64,000 nucleotides of DNA from Ptychomitrium polyphyllum. Taxonomy: Eukaryota. The notes beneath the pieces are model-generated. The model was not told the DNA's origin, searched no databases, and saw only the letters and a list, made by a program, of their open reading frames with translations. The stretch covers positions 23,064,001 to 23,128,000 of the forward strand of contig OZ316775.1 in the NCBI GenBank assembly GCA_973851085.1, written 5' to 3'. The translations under genes were made by a program, and so were the position numbers. Of this stretch, positions 13,301 to 26,934 are shown in pieces; position 1 is the first letter of the stretch, and each line of letters opens with the position of its first letter.

Positions 13301-15163
13301 TAATCCAACAGTGGTTTACAACTGCATTATTGACAAGTATTCTTGGGATAATGTCATCGAACCATATTATCAATCTTACAGTCTAACCAGTAACAGGATT
13401 CAGAATGCTCACGCACCTTAACTTGAGAGAGCACCTCTAGCAGCTTCTGAGGGTTGATACAGCCATCCCGATAGTACTCTGCAACAGCAATATTGTGTCG
13501 AATCTGTTCCAGTCATAACATTAAGCATAAGTTACTATGAGAAACGAGAAACAGTAACAAAAACTTTTAGATTTTAATCTTGAGGCCTTCCGTTACAGAA
13601 ATAAGAAATCTGAAGCATAATATATAGTTGCATTCAAGGGCACATGAACCAGAACGATATTGAAACTCCAATAACAACATTGATCCCGTTGACTTCTATC
13701 TGGTTGCGGAACTAGTTTGAATCACAAAAAACGCATTCACCCAAAATGCAGTTACTGCAGATTCAGGAGTTGTACTATAAGCTGAAGCGATAATTCGGAG
13801 AGGTCAACTTCAAAGATGAACTAAAGCCTAGTATTTACTCGCTTACATGTCAATTCCCCCGCCTCTGGCAGCATAGAGAGTGGAAGAAGTTACTACAAGA
13901 AATGAGTACAATACCACCCCATATAATCTAAAGGGCACATACGACTGCACTTGTAGTCGTCGATATTGATTGCCGGGTGAAAGAAAATCTGGCAAACATA
14001 GCTAGTAAGGTGATTATTAAGCCAAAATTTCGAGTGGAGAAATCGTGCCTATGTCCTACAACAAATCAAGCTGGAGTTGCAGATCAAGCCTAGTCCAGGA
14101 CACATTTTCCACTGATAATCCATTCCTCTGTTCCCCCCTGCAATGATGTAAGGTCCCTGCTCTTTCTAGTGCAACTAAGAGATTTCCAAACGAAAAACCA
14201 TGAAAAGATAGAGAAAGTCTTTGCGGAACCTTGCGAGAAGCTCCACACATGTAGCCATCAGAAATGACGCAAGACAAGCAGAACGTACGGGCCACCATCA
14301 AATGCAGGCCATCGAGCCATCTAATTGACAGGACACCCAAGAAGGAATCCTACTGAATTTACTAACTCCCACTAGCCGGTATAATTCCACAAAAACAAAC
14401 GTCTAAACCTCAACAGCACATCATCACGATTTTCGCCAGCGATGCCAGTACAATGCCTCTGTTGCACAACACATGTAGCACCAATTTGAAGCTGTTTCAT
14501 TTCCATAGCTCAAGAGCTACAAAGACTGAACTCAAATAGTTAATAATCATCCAAGACTAAGTCAAACCTGACAAATCTCCACTGTACGAGCATCATAGAA
14601 GATGAAGCTCAAAACCCTAGCTTTCGCTAGTCTGAAACCTGCAGCTGAAGTGGCTTAGGTTTGCAACTGGTAGACAAACTCCGTACTTCCTTCTCTCAAA
14701 CAAAAAACCCTAAAAGAACTTCAGCTTATTACATTCTCCCCAATGATCAAAATCAGCCCCAGAAAAAACCGAAAGTAGAACCATGCTGTAATCGAGATTC
14801 AAGAGACACAAACCTAGAAACGTTAAGCTATGACAACAAGCAGAGGTCTGTGATCTGGATTGCGAAACTTCAAACCCAAAAAAATTAAGACCCCAGAAAA
14901 CGAAATGCATTTACGAGACAGACCTCCAGACAACGGGCAACGGAAGCATTAGGAGACTGACTAACCTTAAGATCCTCGTCGTTGTGGAGCTGCAGCTGGT
15001 GGAGGATAAGCAAGCATCCCTGGTACGAGCGCGCATGAAAGAGCTGCGCTGCCTCCTTCGCAAGGCCCGCCACTGTAGACTGAGGCTTGCTCGCGCCCCA
15101 AAGCGCGTCTTCAACAGAGGCAGAGGACGGCGACTCCTTGCTGCCATCGCCATCGCCGTCCAT
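10383..15163 (-). CDS. CNOT10: CCR4-NOT complex subunit 10 (TPR protein), ~830 aa, 7 exons
   Basis: Exons 15163-14966, 13503-13417, 13256-13071, 12876-12790, 12576-12505, 12378-11659, 11525-10383; all GT-AG and in frame. Motifs HNIAVAEY, LLLKAQLEYSRGNYRKAIK, NLGCIH, IIYNAGLQQL, YNRPLLWLRLAECC, LGHMYAAEAL. Confidence 0.93.
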
Positions 15164-16471
15164 CCTGGGTGCTCAACCCTCCAACCTCGACGTCGCGTGA
15201 GCCAAGCATGGATCGGCAACGCTCGCACGGTCTGTGAGTGTGAGTCTCCAAAACTTGCACACCCACCTCCTCGTTTTGCCTTCCTCGCTGGGCTCCCTCG
15301 CCCGTCTCTCCGTCTCCGCGACCTGCTGCACAAGCGTGCTGCCCAACGAACGCCCTCATTCGTCACCATCCCACCTCCCATTCGCACCCCCGCTTCGCCA
15401 CTGGATGAGTTGACTATTCTTCATCCTTCCCGGCGCTTCGAAGTACGCACTCTGCTGGAATCCGTGTCTGGATGTGATGTGATTCTACAGAAACTCTGGG
15501 ACTCTGCCTGCTCTGGCGTCACTCTGCACCCATAAGTGGATCATGTCGGGATGTGATCTTGCTCTTGGAATTCTCAGAGTAACTATTTTTTTAATGATAT
15601 TCAGAATCTCTGCAAGGAATGTACGTTTTGGTTCTAGTCGTCGCGTCTTCTGTGGTTATCATCTGGGTTTGAGAGATGACCGCCTAAAGCCAAACTTCTA
15701 GGGTTTCTTGTTGAGCCCATGTGACTCCTAGCGACCATTCTTTATCCCATTTGGCTTAAGGAAATACGTCTTTCGGCATTCCATCTGCATGGTTATCACT
15801 TAGAAAATATCGAAATTTCCTTTATGACGCTGCACAGATTATGAAACTGCATGTTAACCAGCAGGTATTGAGGTACTGGATATGAAGTATCCAGATACAT
15901 TGCTGAAACTGTGAAAGAGATGCGCAGTATCTCTGGAGCTTTGGAGCTTCTCCGAATGTAAACCCGCCAGTGCTAATAGATCGCAAGTGGGTTTACACAT
16001 CTGCCATGGAGCTCTAGAAATGAAAATCTTCAATAGTTGGTTTGAGGTCCTGTAACATCAACCAAAATGTGCCGACACACAAGAGCAGGAGGAATCAACT
16101 TAAGTTGGTGGAAACAATCAATCAAAGCTCATAAACTGTTGCTGGATCACTCCTCATCAGAGGGAGTTCAAGAGGTACAAAGTCGCCTCATACTCCTTTA
16201 TACATGATTCTGCTTCTTTTTATTCTTTCTTCAGAGTTAATAGTATCAGGAACTCATTCCTAGAGAACTGGGATAAAGATGAAAGGACGAATCAAGGTAC
16301 TAAGTTTATGTAATTGCAGAAGACTCTGAGTTTTTTTAGTGATAAAACAGCTCAAATGAGGATGATGATTTGGTCCTTCTCCTTTATTCAATCGCACTCT
16401 ACATGCACGGGTACATGCAACTTACAAGCCGACAAGCACCAACTGTAGATTAAATTTCTGTTATAGGGCTG

Positions 16472-19400
16472 TCACTCAACCTGTTCAAAAACCTCGGGTA
16501 TGCTAGTGTCCTGGTTAGTACTGTCCAACCATTCTGGGTAGGGTAGTCCTTTGGATTTGAGAAACTCAACGTTGAATATCTTGCTTTGATACCTTGTTCC
16601 CAAGTCACAAAGTATGGTCACAATGGTATGGCCAGGACCCAGCTCCTTGGCCAATTTGATCGCTCCTGTAAAACAGGCACATATGTATACGTCAATTTAT
16701 GTTCTTCATAGCGCTGCTTGAATACAGCCAAAAGCTGACTGATTCGGCAGATTTGTATTACATACCAGCAATATTTATGGCTGTTGAACCACCCATGCAG
16801 AAGCCCTCTTGCTTGAGTAGATCATAGATGAGTGGTAATGCCTCCTCATCCGTCACCTGCATCACCAAAATCATGATCCACATGATTACCAAATGACTGA
16901 AGTTTCAGTTTCAGCAAAGGAGGATGTTGGTATGTCATTCCACATAGCAATTAAGCATCTTGTTACCTGGCACCAATAATCAATACACCCTCCATCTCTC
17001 TCTGGAAGTCCCCAATCAGCCAGGTTGCCTGTAACTCGACCTTGTCCAATACCCTCAGAGATCTGAACAACGAATGTAAGATCATTTTTCTAGACTTGTT
17101 TCAGTTGGGAATATAAGAACTTTTTGACAAGTATCTGTAACTATGATAAGAAAAAATTGTTTAAAACGGCATATTGAAAATAGAACTTTAAGCAGCATAG
17201 GTTGCACATACCGAAGTTCCAGAAGACGCCAGCACTCCTTTTTCATAAAAATTGTACATGCAGGCTCCCATTGGATCTGCTACTCCAATCCTGATCTTTT
17301 GGTTTTTCTCCTTCAGGTACTGCATGCTCACAATAGGAAGAAAAAAGTATATTATTTCTTGATGATTCTCCGTTAAAACTCCAACTTTCAAAAACAGCAG
17401 TCAATTCGAAATTAAAAATAAGAAAACATCCAAACAACGTCTTCACCTTGCCCACGCCAGCAACAGTTCCACCAGTACCAATTGCACAAATAAATCCATC
17501 AACTTTGCCGTCTGTCTGTTTCCAGATTTCCGGACCTGATAAGAAGATAAAAACATTCAAGATGATGAGAAGCACCATTGCAGCCAACCACATGGACATA
17601 ATGAAAAGATGGACGGGTCGCCTCGCAACCTCTTAAATGAAACTGCAAATTGACCATGGTAAGGCTATCACCAACAAGCAGCAAAATCCGATTCTAATCA
17701 CTAGGAAATGCGTGATTCTTGGAAGTAATTGTACCCGTAGTCTCATAGTGCGCTAGTCGGTTTGCAATATTGTCGAACTGAAGCACCTCCACATGATGTT
17801 ACATTATCAATGTGCACTTTTAATCAAAATCAATACGACTTCATTATGATTCATCTTATCAATTTAACAAACAAATCCATCCAGACATGAAGCACATTAT
17901 CTGTAGTCAGGAGCAGGTAACCAAATTGCGAACAGTTTCAAGGAGTGATCGTCAAATGCAGATACGTACCTGATTTCCCCAGATTCCACCGTTGGGATTA
18001 GTCTGTAGGTAGCAAAGACATGCCCAAAAGAACGATTGTAAGAGGAATATAACAATACATATTCATGTATTCAAGAGAAATAAAAACTTGGGATCCATGC
18101 AACAACACAGACCAAGCGACTGGTATATTAGAGGATATTCTGCCTTACTCTTGCAATTTCCTCTGCAAGTCGTCCAGAATACTTGACGTAGTTGTTGGGG
18201 TTCTTGTATGGGACAGCTGGGACCTGAAGCAGTCATCACCAAAGTCAAGTCAGGATAATAATATTGACTTCCCACTTCGTCTGGGATGCCACAGTTAGAT
18301 TCTCACCAGACGCATATTCATAACAATATCAAATTAATCCCTCAAATCAGAAAACATAAACCTAAATCCCATAATCTTGTTCTGAAGATCATCACGACAT
18401 CAGTCGTAGAGAAAAACCTCACTTCAACAAGTGTTGCACCTGCAAGGCGGAGCATGTCTTTCTTCTCCTGCAAACATTGCACACACATGACAAGTATTAA
18501 GTCAGTGAACAATAGATTGTGAAGAAATTTTGAGCTTCGGATTAACCACCCAAAACTAGTTCACTGGAAGTGACCGTTGCAATGTTTTTAAGTTGCGCTG
18601 CCAATGGCTGATGACTCTCTAAACCCTTAAATCGTAACTCCTGAGCTTCAGATACTACCTCATTTGCAATTCCTATACACCGGGAAAAGTGATAATCTTT
18701 GAATGCTTTGAGCAACATACAGGTAAAAGTTGACATATGATAATCATCTTGGAAGCAAATGTGTTAGGAAAAATTTGATAATTTGTCAATCTACATAACG
18801 AGGAGACAATGAAAAGCATTCATGCATACCTGACTCTGTGTTTTGGGGATGACTATGACTGTCTTGTACCCTCTGGCATTAGCAACCAGTGCCAAACCAA
18901 TTCCAGTATTCCCAGCTGTGCCCTCAACAATCACACCTCCGGGTTTCAGCAGCCCCTTTTCTTCAGCATCCTGTGCAACGAGCTCCATGTAAATATATCT
19001 GACCGGTATGGATCGATTTGCAGGATCAGGAAAAGAAAACCAAACAATGAAATTAAAGAAGCCTCCCGGTTCAAGTCCAGTAATTCTTACCTTGACGATA
19101 TACAGAGCCGCTCGGTCCTTCACTGATCCTCCAGGATTTAAGAACTCTGCCTGTACACACCATACAAGCTCTGTGAGAATTACCCTATCGCCGTCAATGG
19201 TGTACATGGGAAAGAATAACAGAAAATGAAGGCTCTCCAAACGTTAAACAAAACCAATCTGCAACATGGTAAGACAAACATTTCCAAAGACATCATACCT
19301 TGCCATAAATATCACAGCCGGTTGCTTGCGAAGCTGCATTGAGGCGAATCAGCGAGGTATTCCCAATCTACAGCCCACTTTGCAAAGAGCAAGGTTAGGG

Positions 19401-20066
19401 TCAAACGTGAACACCACTATCCACCAATAATTCCCACACAAATCCTTCAAAAAAACGATCCCACGGAAATAGGGCATACATTCTCAATCTAGCAAAACCT
19501 TCCTCGTCAGACTCCAAACAAGAAGAGCGGGATACGTTTCCAACTACCACAGAGACTCTGCAAGGACGGTCGATCGCAACTATGCTCATCAGCAATTGGC
19601 AAAGCTTCAGAAAAGATCAACTCACGGAATCCACAAATCCCTGGCGAACGCCCAAGTCGCCAATCCGAGCTGAAGCCTTGGTCTCCATGTGCAGTCGTCT
19701 TCTCGCCGGAGCTTGAACCCTCACTCTTCTCTGAAGCAACGAAACCCAAACCACGATACAACCAACAGAACCCTAAACCCTTCAGAGAATTCCATCATGG
19801 TCTCCTCAATTCTCCTCGCAACAGGACAAAGCTATCTTCTACCATTCGACCCTAACCTCAACCTTGATCGGATTCAAACCCTCCCAAAACTCGGCCCAAT
19901 GTCTGCCCTAAAAAAAAGCACACACATACAACCCTGATAAGAGAAAAATGAACTGTTGGCTTACAGAAGTGAACAAGCGACGAGAACATGCAGCGTGCAG
20001 AGAGCCGAACAAGGGCGACTTGGTGTCCAGCAGAAACGTGCGGGTCACAGTCATCGTCCCCAACAT
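16472..20066 (-). CDS. cysK: Cysteine synthase (PLP-dependent O-acetylserine sulfhydrylase family, bacterial/fungal cysteine synthase A type) with putative transit peptide, ~416 aa, 14 exons
   Basis: Exons 20066-19965, 19730-19626, 19367-19299, 19150-19091, 18970-18830, 18467-18423, 18223-18149, 18002-17970, 17777-17735, 17535-17447, 17319-17212, 17062-16967, 16856-16766, 16665-16472. Motifs [14 protein letters not shown] (PLP lysine), [32 protein letters not shown]. The first exon is less certain; alternative start at 19688. Confidence 0.92.
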
Positions 20067-21268
20067 CTAAATTGCAACTTTGAGCTCGTCTTCAAGCTTG
20101 AAACCTGCCTGCAAGTGAGCTGCCGTTCTTCCACTGCAGAGCGGTCAGGTCGGCCCCACTGACGTCCAGATGCATGCTCTCAGTGTGGACTCTCTGCAGC
20201 ACATCACCCCCGCACAGTACTAGCGGTGTGTCTGGATGATACCCCTTCGCTGGTCAACCTGCAGATTCGCAGATTCTGGAGTACAGGGCATCTTTCGGGG
20301 TGTGTGCTCAAACTCGGTCAATAATTGGGATCATGGATGCCGCTGACGATGCATCATTTTTCTGGTGACGTTTCTGGTGACTCGTTGCCACGCTTTCTTG
20401 TGTATGAATCTTCTGGGGATCGAAGTGGGACTTTTGATATCAAAATCAGGATTGACGACATGTTAGGTTGGTACAATTTTGGGTGCCGCATAGTCTCTCA
20501 ATAAGAATATTTTCTCTTTCCTTTTTCTATTTTCTACTTTGACTTTTGGCACAAATTCAACTTTATGGCTTAATTGCAAGTTTAGGCTTTTTCTTCAATC
20601 TCTCAAATGTGAAACTAATTTTAGGCATTGTTTTAAACATGTTTTCAATAATTTAATTTGAATTTTGAATTTTACTAAATGAAGAGCTTAATTTGAGCAG
20701 CCATTCCCTCTACAATGTGAAAATTGGTAGATAAAAAATCAATTACTTCTTTTTTTCATTTGAATTGTGAGGAAGGGGCTTAATTGTATTTTGTTGTAAG
20801 CTAAATAACCTCTTCAAATTGGACGAATTATAAATCTCACACAAGCATAAAATGAAACAATTAAAGACAAGATTTGTATTGTAGTCCAATTATACTATGT
20901 ATTTATAAATCTAATTGCTTTTATATATATGAGGGGCTAAAATAATTTGGAATTGGCAATGGTGTAAAAGAAATCAAACACTATTTAACAAATTTAGCAA
21001 CTTAATAATATAGAAGATGATTTAAAATCAAAACCTAGGTATAGAAATTAGGCTTGAATTTAAATTAGTATTTACTTTAATTTGTGCATTGTACCTAAAT
21101 TACAACAGCATGAACAATTGCAACTAATTTTATTCAAGTTCCTACTTTAACAAAAGGACTGCCTTGTCGAGGATGAATGCTTAGAGTTGTTCAGCCACTG
21201 GAATGTCCATTTATAAAATTGATCATTCATCACTATTATTATTGCAATCAATGCTTCTTTGTGCCAAC

Positions 21269-21765
21269 TGTTAGGAATACAAAAAACAAGAAGCAAAGAT
21301 AAAGTGTTTACCAAAACGTAGCTTCCAAAGAATTAAGGATTAACAAGAACTAATATAAAAATTAAAGCAAAGCAGGATATAATATGATCCACAATTTATA
21401 TTGGCAAGATTAAGGTGTATCTTGTTTTGCTTCCTACTTATACTATGACGATTGTATCTCCTAGGATAAATTTCAAGACGCTTCTTACAAGGCTTTATAA
21501 TGTTTAAGAATCTATGGAACCTTTCTAAGAAGCTTTTTAAGATGGTGGAACCTTCCCAAGAAGCATCCTAGGAGTTGAAATCTTCCTTGGAAGTTTGCTA
21601 AGCTAATGGAATCTCCTTTGGAAGTTTCCCAAAGAAATAAAAATATTTTAGAAAGTTTCCTAAAGAGGTAGAAATGACTATGGAGACATTAAAAGTATCC
21701 TATGAGACTACTATAATATATAAGAAGGTTCCAAAGACTATGTTGCATAATCTATGTTTATTACA
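21269..21765 (-). repeat. Older, diverged family A 3' LTR of the host element
   Basis: TGTTAGGAA...TTATTACA followed by a decayed PPT complement (tcacctcttcttta). Confidence 0.85.
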
Positions 21766-22231
21766 TCACCTCTTCTTTTAGCGACAAGTCCCATGAGGAA
21801 CTCTTCTTATAGTTTGCTTGTCACATCTCTACAAATTCCAAAATTTGTCAAAGAAAAGAAGCAACATATTTTGCTCATTATTCTTTGCCTACTTGTTCAC
21901 TTGGACCTTAAAAGAAGCGCCAATAACCACAAGCCCAGATTTTTGTTGTTGAAACATTTTAATCCAAGATCTAATCTTGATTAAGTTCTTGAAAACATCC
22001 TCCAAACAAGATCTTGGATCCTTGAGGAGTGACTCTTATAATTTCTAATAAGATGACTAAAGTGTGAGCATCTGAATCAAGATTGAATGTGAAGCGTGAC
22101 TAGCCAATACTTCTGCACAAAGTTGTATTTGACGTTGGAATGTTCCTTTTATATCTTGGTTAAGATTCTTCTAGGATTGAAAGTTGAGAAAGTTGGAATA
22201 ATTCAGCAGATGTTGCTGTTGAAGAAGATAC

Positions 22232-22801
22232 TGTTAGGGACACAAGAAACAAAAAGCGGAAACGAAGTGTTTCCCAAGAATTAGCTTCCAAAGGGCTAAT
22301 GAATAACAAGAACTTAATACAAAGACTAGAACAAGGCAGGATTCAAGATGATCCACAATTTGTGTTGGCAAGACTAAGGAATACCTTGTCTTGCCTCCTA
22401 TTTATACTAGGACGTTTGTATCTTCTAGGATACTTCTAAAGAAGCTTTCTACAAGGCTTAACAATATTTTGGAAGTCTAAGGAACCTTCCAAAGAAGTTT
22501 CCTAAGATGTTGGAACCTTCCAAAGTAGCTTCCAAGGAATTGGAACCTTCCCAAGTAGCTTCCAAGGACTTGGAACCTTCCATAGAAGTTTCCTAAGGCA
22601 GCGGAACCTTCTTAGGAAGTTTCCTACAGAGGTAGAACCTTCCTAAGTGATTTCCTAAAGTAGAAGAACTTTCCTAGCAAGCTTCCTAAAAACATAAAAA
22701 GGCTATGGAGACATTTAAGAATATTCTAAGAAACTATTATAGTATACTAGAAGGTGCTGGAATGTTCTAATGACTATGTTGTATGATTTATGTCCGTGAC
22801 A
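22232..22801 (-). repeat. 3' LTR of the full-length element
   Basis: TG...CA termini, 570 bp, adjacent to the PPT. Confidence 0.95.
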
Positions 22802-23479
22802 TCACCTCCCCATTTAGCAACGAGTCCCATGACGGATTATTTTCTCGGCTTGCTTGTCACATTCCTACAAATTCCAAAATTTGGCGAAGAAGTGAAGCAA
22901 CATACTCTGTTGTTTGTTCTTTGTTCACTAATTCAATTGGCCCTTGAAAGAAACGTCGATGGCCACCAGCCAAGAATTTTATTGTTGAAATGTCCCATCC
23001 TAGGATTTGATCTTGATTAAGTCCTTCAAAACATCCTTCAAACAAGATGTTGGGTCCTCCAGGAGTGACTCTTCCAATTTCTAACAAGTTGACTAGAGCG
23101 CGAGCATCTGAATCAAGACTGGAATGTGAAAGGCGACTAGTCAATACTTCTGCACGAGGTCGTACTCGACGTTGGGATGTCCCTTCCATATCTTGACTTA
23201 GATCCTCCGTTACCGAAGGCTGAGAAAGTTGAGTTGGCTCAACAGATGCTGTTGTTAATGAAGGCATGGCCGACTGCTCTTCACGCATATCCATGATAAC
23301 ACGAAGATTTGACATACTAGCTAGGATCTGGAAATGATCTATCTTGGAAATAATACTGACAATTGGAGGTTTAAATATCTCTTTTCCCTTCTCATACTTG
23401 TCGATGAAGGAAAAAATTCTCTGTAAAGCTAACAGCTACTGATGACATATCATCACTGACCTAGTTTCTAAGGATATCT

Positions 23480-26400
23480 TTGATGAAATTTGCATACCTT
23501 CTCGGATGCATTTGTTGCATTCGTTGAAGGTTCCCATGTTTGGTCATTGATGCCATATCCTTGTCAATGTATAAAGTACTCCATACGACCGTTCTTGATG
23601 CGTGAATCTAAGATCTCTTCCACTTCATATTCAATTTCATTATTGATTTCCAGCGGAGGAGGCAGAGGGACAATTCTCTCTATTATACATGATTTGTTAT
23701 AGGTTTCCAACAACGATACGTGGAACACTGGATGAATTTGCAAGCTTGGTGGTAGCTTTAGGCGATAACTAACCGGATTTATTTGTTTGCTGATTTCAAA
23801 CGGTCCCAATCTTTAATAGTCCAACTTCTTTGATGGTCTTTTTGTTTGTATATTTTGTCGTAAGAGCCATACGCTATCTCCAACCTTGAACTTTGGATGA
23901 TCCTTTGGATGATGATTTGCATAAGCTCCGTAACAATCTTGAGCTTGTTGTAATTGGAAGGTAATTTCTTGCTGGATCTTAGCAAGTTGAGTTGTAAAAT
24001 CCTCCGCTGTAGGAATTCCAACATGCTTCACTTGAAATGGATGTATTCGAGGATGATGGCCATAGTTTGCAAAGAATGGACTTTGAGTTGTTGAAGAATG
24101 CACCGTATTGTTATAAGCAAATTCTGCCAAAGGCAAGAGATCCATCCAGTTGTCTTGCTGGTAGTTTATGCTACAACGAAGGTATTGTTCCAAAATTTGA
24201 TTCACACGTTCCGTTTGGCCATCAGTTTGTGGATGGTGTGCTGAAGAAAGATTGATCCTTACACGCAACAGCTGGAATAGAGCCCTCCAAAAGTTGGAAA
24301 TGAACTGCGGTCCCCGATCGGATACAATATCATCTGGTAGTCCATGTATGCGGTAGACGTGGTTTAGGAACAACTTGGCAGTTTCTTCTCCCGTTACCGT
24401 CTTATTGCATGCAATGAAATGTGCCATTTTGGTAAATTGATCCACCACTACCAAAATAGAATCCTTAGAATCGGAGTTTGGAAGGTCCATGATAAATCCC
24501 ATTGATAGAGACAACCATGGGCCCTTTGGCACTAGAAGCGGATGGAGGAGACCATGAAGTTGGTGCCTTGGTACCTTGGCTCTTGCACAAGTGTCGCATG
24601 ATCAAATAAAGTCCTTCACGTACTTCCACATTTGTGGCCACCAATAGTCTCTAGCAATCAACTTCATTGTTTTATTGAATCCAAAATGTCGTGCTGCTGG
24701 AAAATCATGACGTGCTTGAAGGATCTTCAACTGCAAAGGGCGTGGAGGTAGGTACAAAAGTCTTTTGTAATAAAGTAGGCCCTCTTGGAATTCAAAGTCC
24801 TCATTGCTATTTGAAGGATTTCCATTGTCTTTGAGGCACTTTTTTATATTTGAAACAAAGACGTCATTGTTCAAAGCCTTCCGAATTTTGTCAAGATGGG
24901 ATGTTGTTGTAATAATCGTTGCTTTCAATTGAAGATTCTCAGGCTTCAATAAAATAGCCGTTTGTTGATTCAAAACATCATCCCCAAGTTGGAGAGCTAA
25001 ATAAGATCTTTGAGATAAGGCATCTAGCTTATCTTGTAAGCTACCAGATCGATAGGTAATGACAAAGTCAAATCTGGAAAACAACATACTCCACCTTGCT
25101 TGACGGCGATTCAAAACGCGCGCACTCATGAAATACTCCAAGCTCTTGTGGTCTTTGTATATCGTAATGGTATATTGAGCTCCTTCCAATAAGTGTCGCC
25201 ATTCTTCAAACGCATCCACAAATGCAAGTAGTTTTTTATCATGTATATCATAGTTGATCTTTGCCGCTGAGAACTTCCTTGAATGAAAGGCAAGAGGGTG
25301 AAGTCTGCCATCTTCATCATATTGTGAGAGTATTGAGCCAAGCGCAAAATCTGAGGCATCCGCTTCCAAATAGAAAGGCTTTGATGGATTTGGATGAATA
25401 AGAATTGGAGCCGACGTGAATGATTTTTTAAGACTTTGAAATGCTTTTCCCGCTTCTTCATCCCAAATGATTTTTTGCTTCCCTGTAAGACGTGGTAATG
25501 GTGCCGCAACCTTGGAATAATTCTTGATGAATATTCTGTAGAAGTTTGCAAATCCCAAGAAACACTGAACATCTCGAATTGATCTTGGCGTACTCCACTC
25601 TATGATAGTGCTTATTTTCTTGTTATTCATATGGATTCCTCCTTTAAAAATGATGTAGCCTAAAAATTCAACCAATGATTCATGGAAAAGGCACTTCTCC
25701 AATTTGGCATGTGGTCCTTGCTGGCGTAATTTTTCTAAGACTAGTTGTACATAACATTCATGGACTTGTTCATCCTTTGAATATATCAAAATATCATCCA
25801 AATAAATGACTACAAAATCGTCCAGATATTCATGGAAGATATCATTCATCATATGTTGGAAGACTGCGGGAGCATTAGTAAGGCCAAAAGGCATGACATT
25901 GTATTCAAAATGACCATACCTAGATTGAAAAGCTGTCTTCCACTTGTCTCCTTCTTTGATGCGTACAAGGTTGTAGGTTCCTCTAAGATCAATTTTGGTG
26001 AATATCTTTGCTTGGCCAAGTTGTTGTAGGATTCCTGAGATTAATGGTAATGGATAGCGATTTGTTTTTGTTACTTTGTTGAGGCCTCGATAGTCCACGC
26101 ACATACGTAATGATCCATCTTTCTTCTTTACAAATAGAATGGGTGCTCCAACAGGTGATTTAGAGTGCTGAATGAAACCCTTTCCAAGGTTTTCATCAAT
26201 ATATTCTCTCAAGGCAGTCAATACAGTTTGTGATAAATTATAAATCGGTCCAAAAGGTGGTTGGACTCCTTCTTGCAACTCAATGGTACAATCATAGGGC
26301 CGGTGCTTTGGTAACATGTCCGCATTCATCTTTTCAAAAACGTCTTTATAATCTTGATATTGACGAGGTATGTTTTGATTAGTCTCTATTGTTGAGCTGG

Positions 26401-26830
26401 ACATTAGCGTGGCATAAATGGTATAGATTGATTCATCCTTTGCCGCTCTCATAAATGCCTTAGCTCTAATAAATGATGGTCCAAGATTTCTCGTACCTTG
26501 ACGTCTTTTCCTTAATACCACACTCCGTGAGCGCTAGTCAATGTCTGGATCATGTAATTCAAACCAAGGAAGGCCCAAGACAATAGGATTTTTTTGGCAT
26601 TGAATGATGTTGAAGACAATCTTAGATGTCTGATCTCCTAAAATGACCTGCAAGAGTTGAGTTTCTTTAATAACATTGCCAGATGCAAGAGATCGTCCAT
26701 CAATAACTTCAACAGGTGCAGGATATTTTTTATTCAGAAGCACCATGTGATTTTTGGTTGCAAAATCCTTGTCCATGAAACATGCCGTTGCACTAGTGTC
26801 TAATAGAGCCTCACTATCTAACTATTTACT
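23480..26830 (-). pseudogene. pol (protease, RT, RNase H, integrase, chromodomain) with a few stops and frameshifts
   Basis: ALLDTSAT protease near 26790; ORF 24602-26521 (FTKIDLRG, VIYLDDILIYS, LEADASDF); 23813-24532 integrase (VSDRGPQF, HPQTDGQTER); 23564-23809 (GPF, YEVEEILDSR chromodomain). Confidence 0.92.
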
Positions 26831-26934
26831 TTTGATAGAAAATGTAAAACAAGAGGTAGGGCTTGAGGGTAGTAAGAGACCTTAATTTGATGGTGGTTTC
26901 CTTGTGGTGTCCAGTCGCATAGTCTCTAATATAA

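Noticed and set aside
14984..15535. 183-aa + strand ORF and 158-aa - strand ORF over the CNOT10 first exon
   Set aside because: Arg-rich shadow frames in GC-rich 5' sequence with no recognisable motifs.
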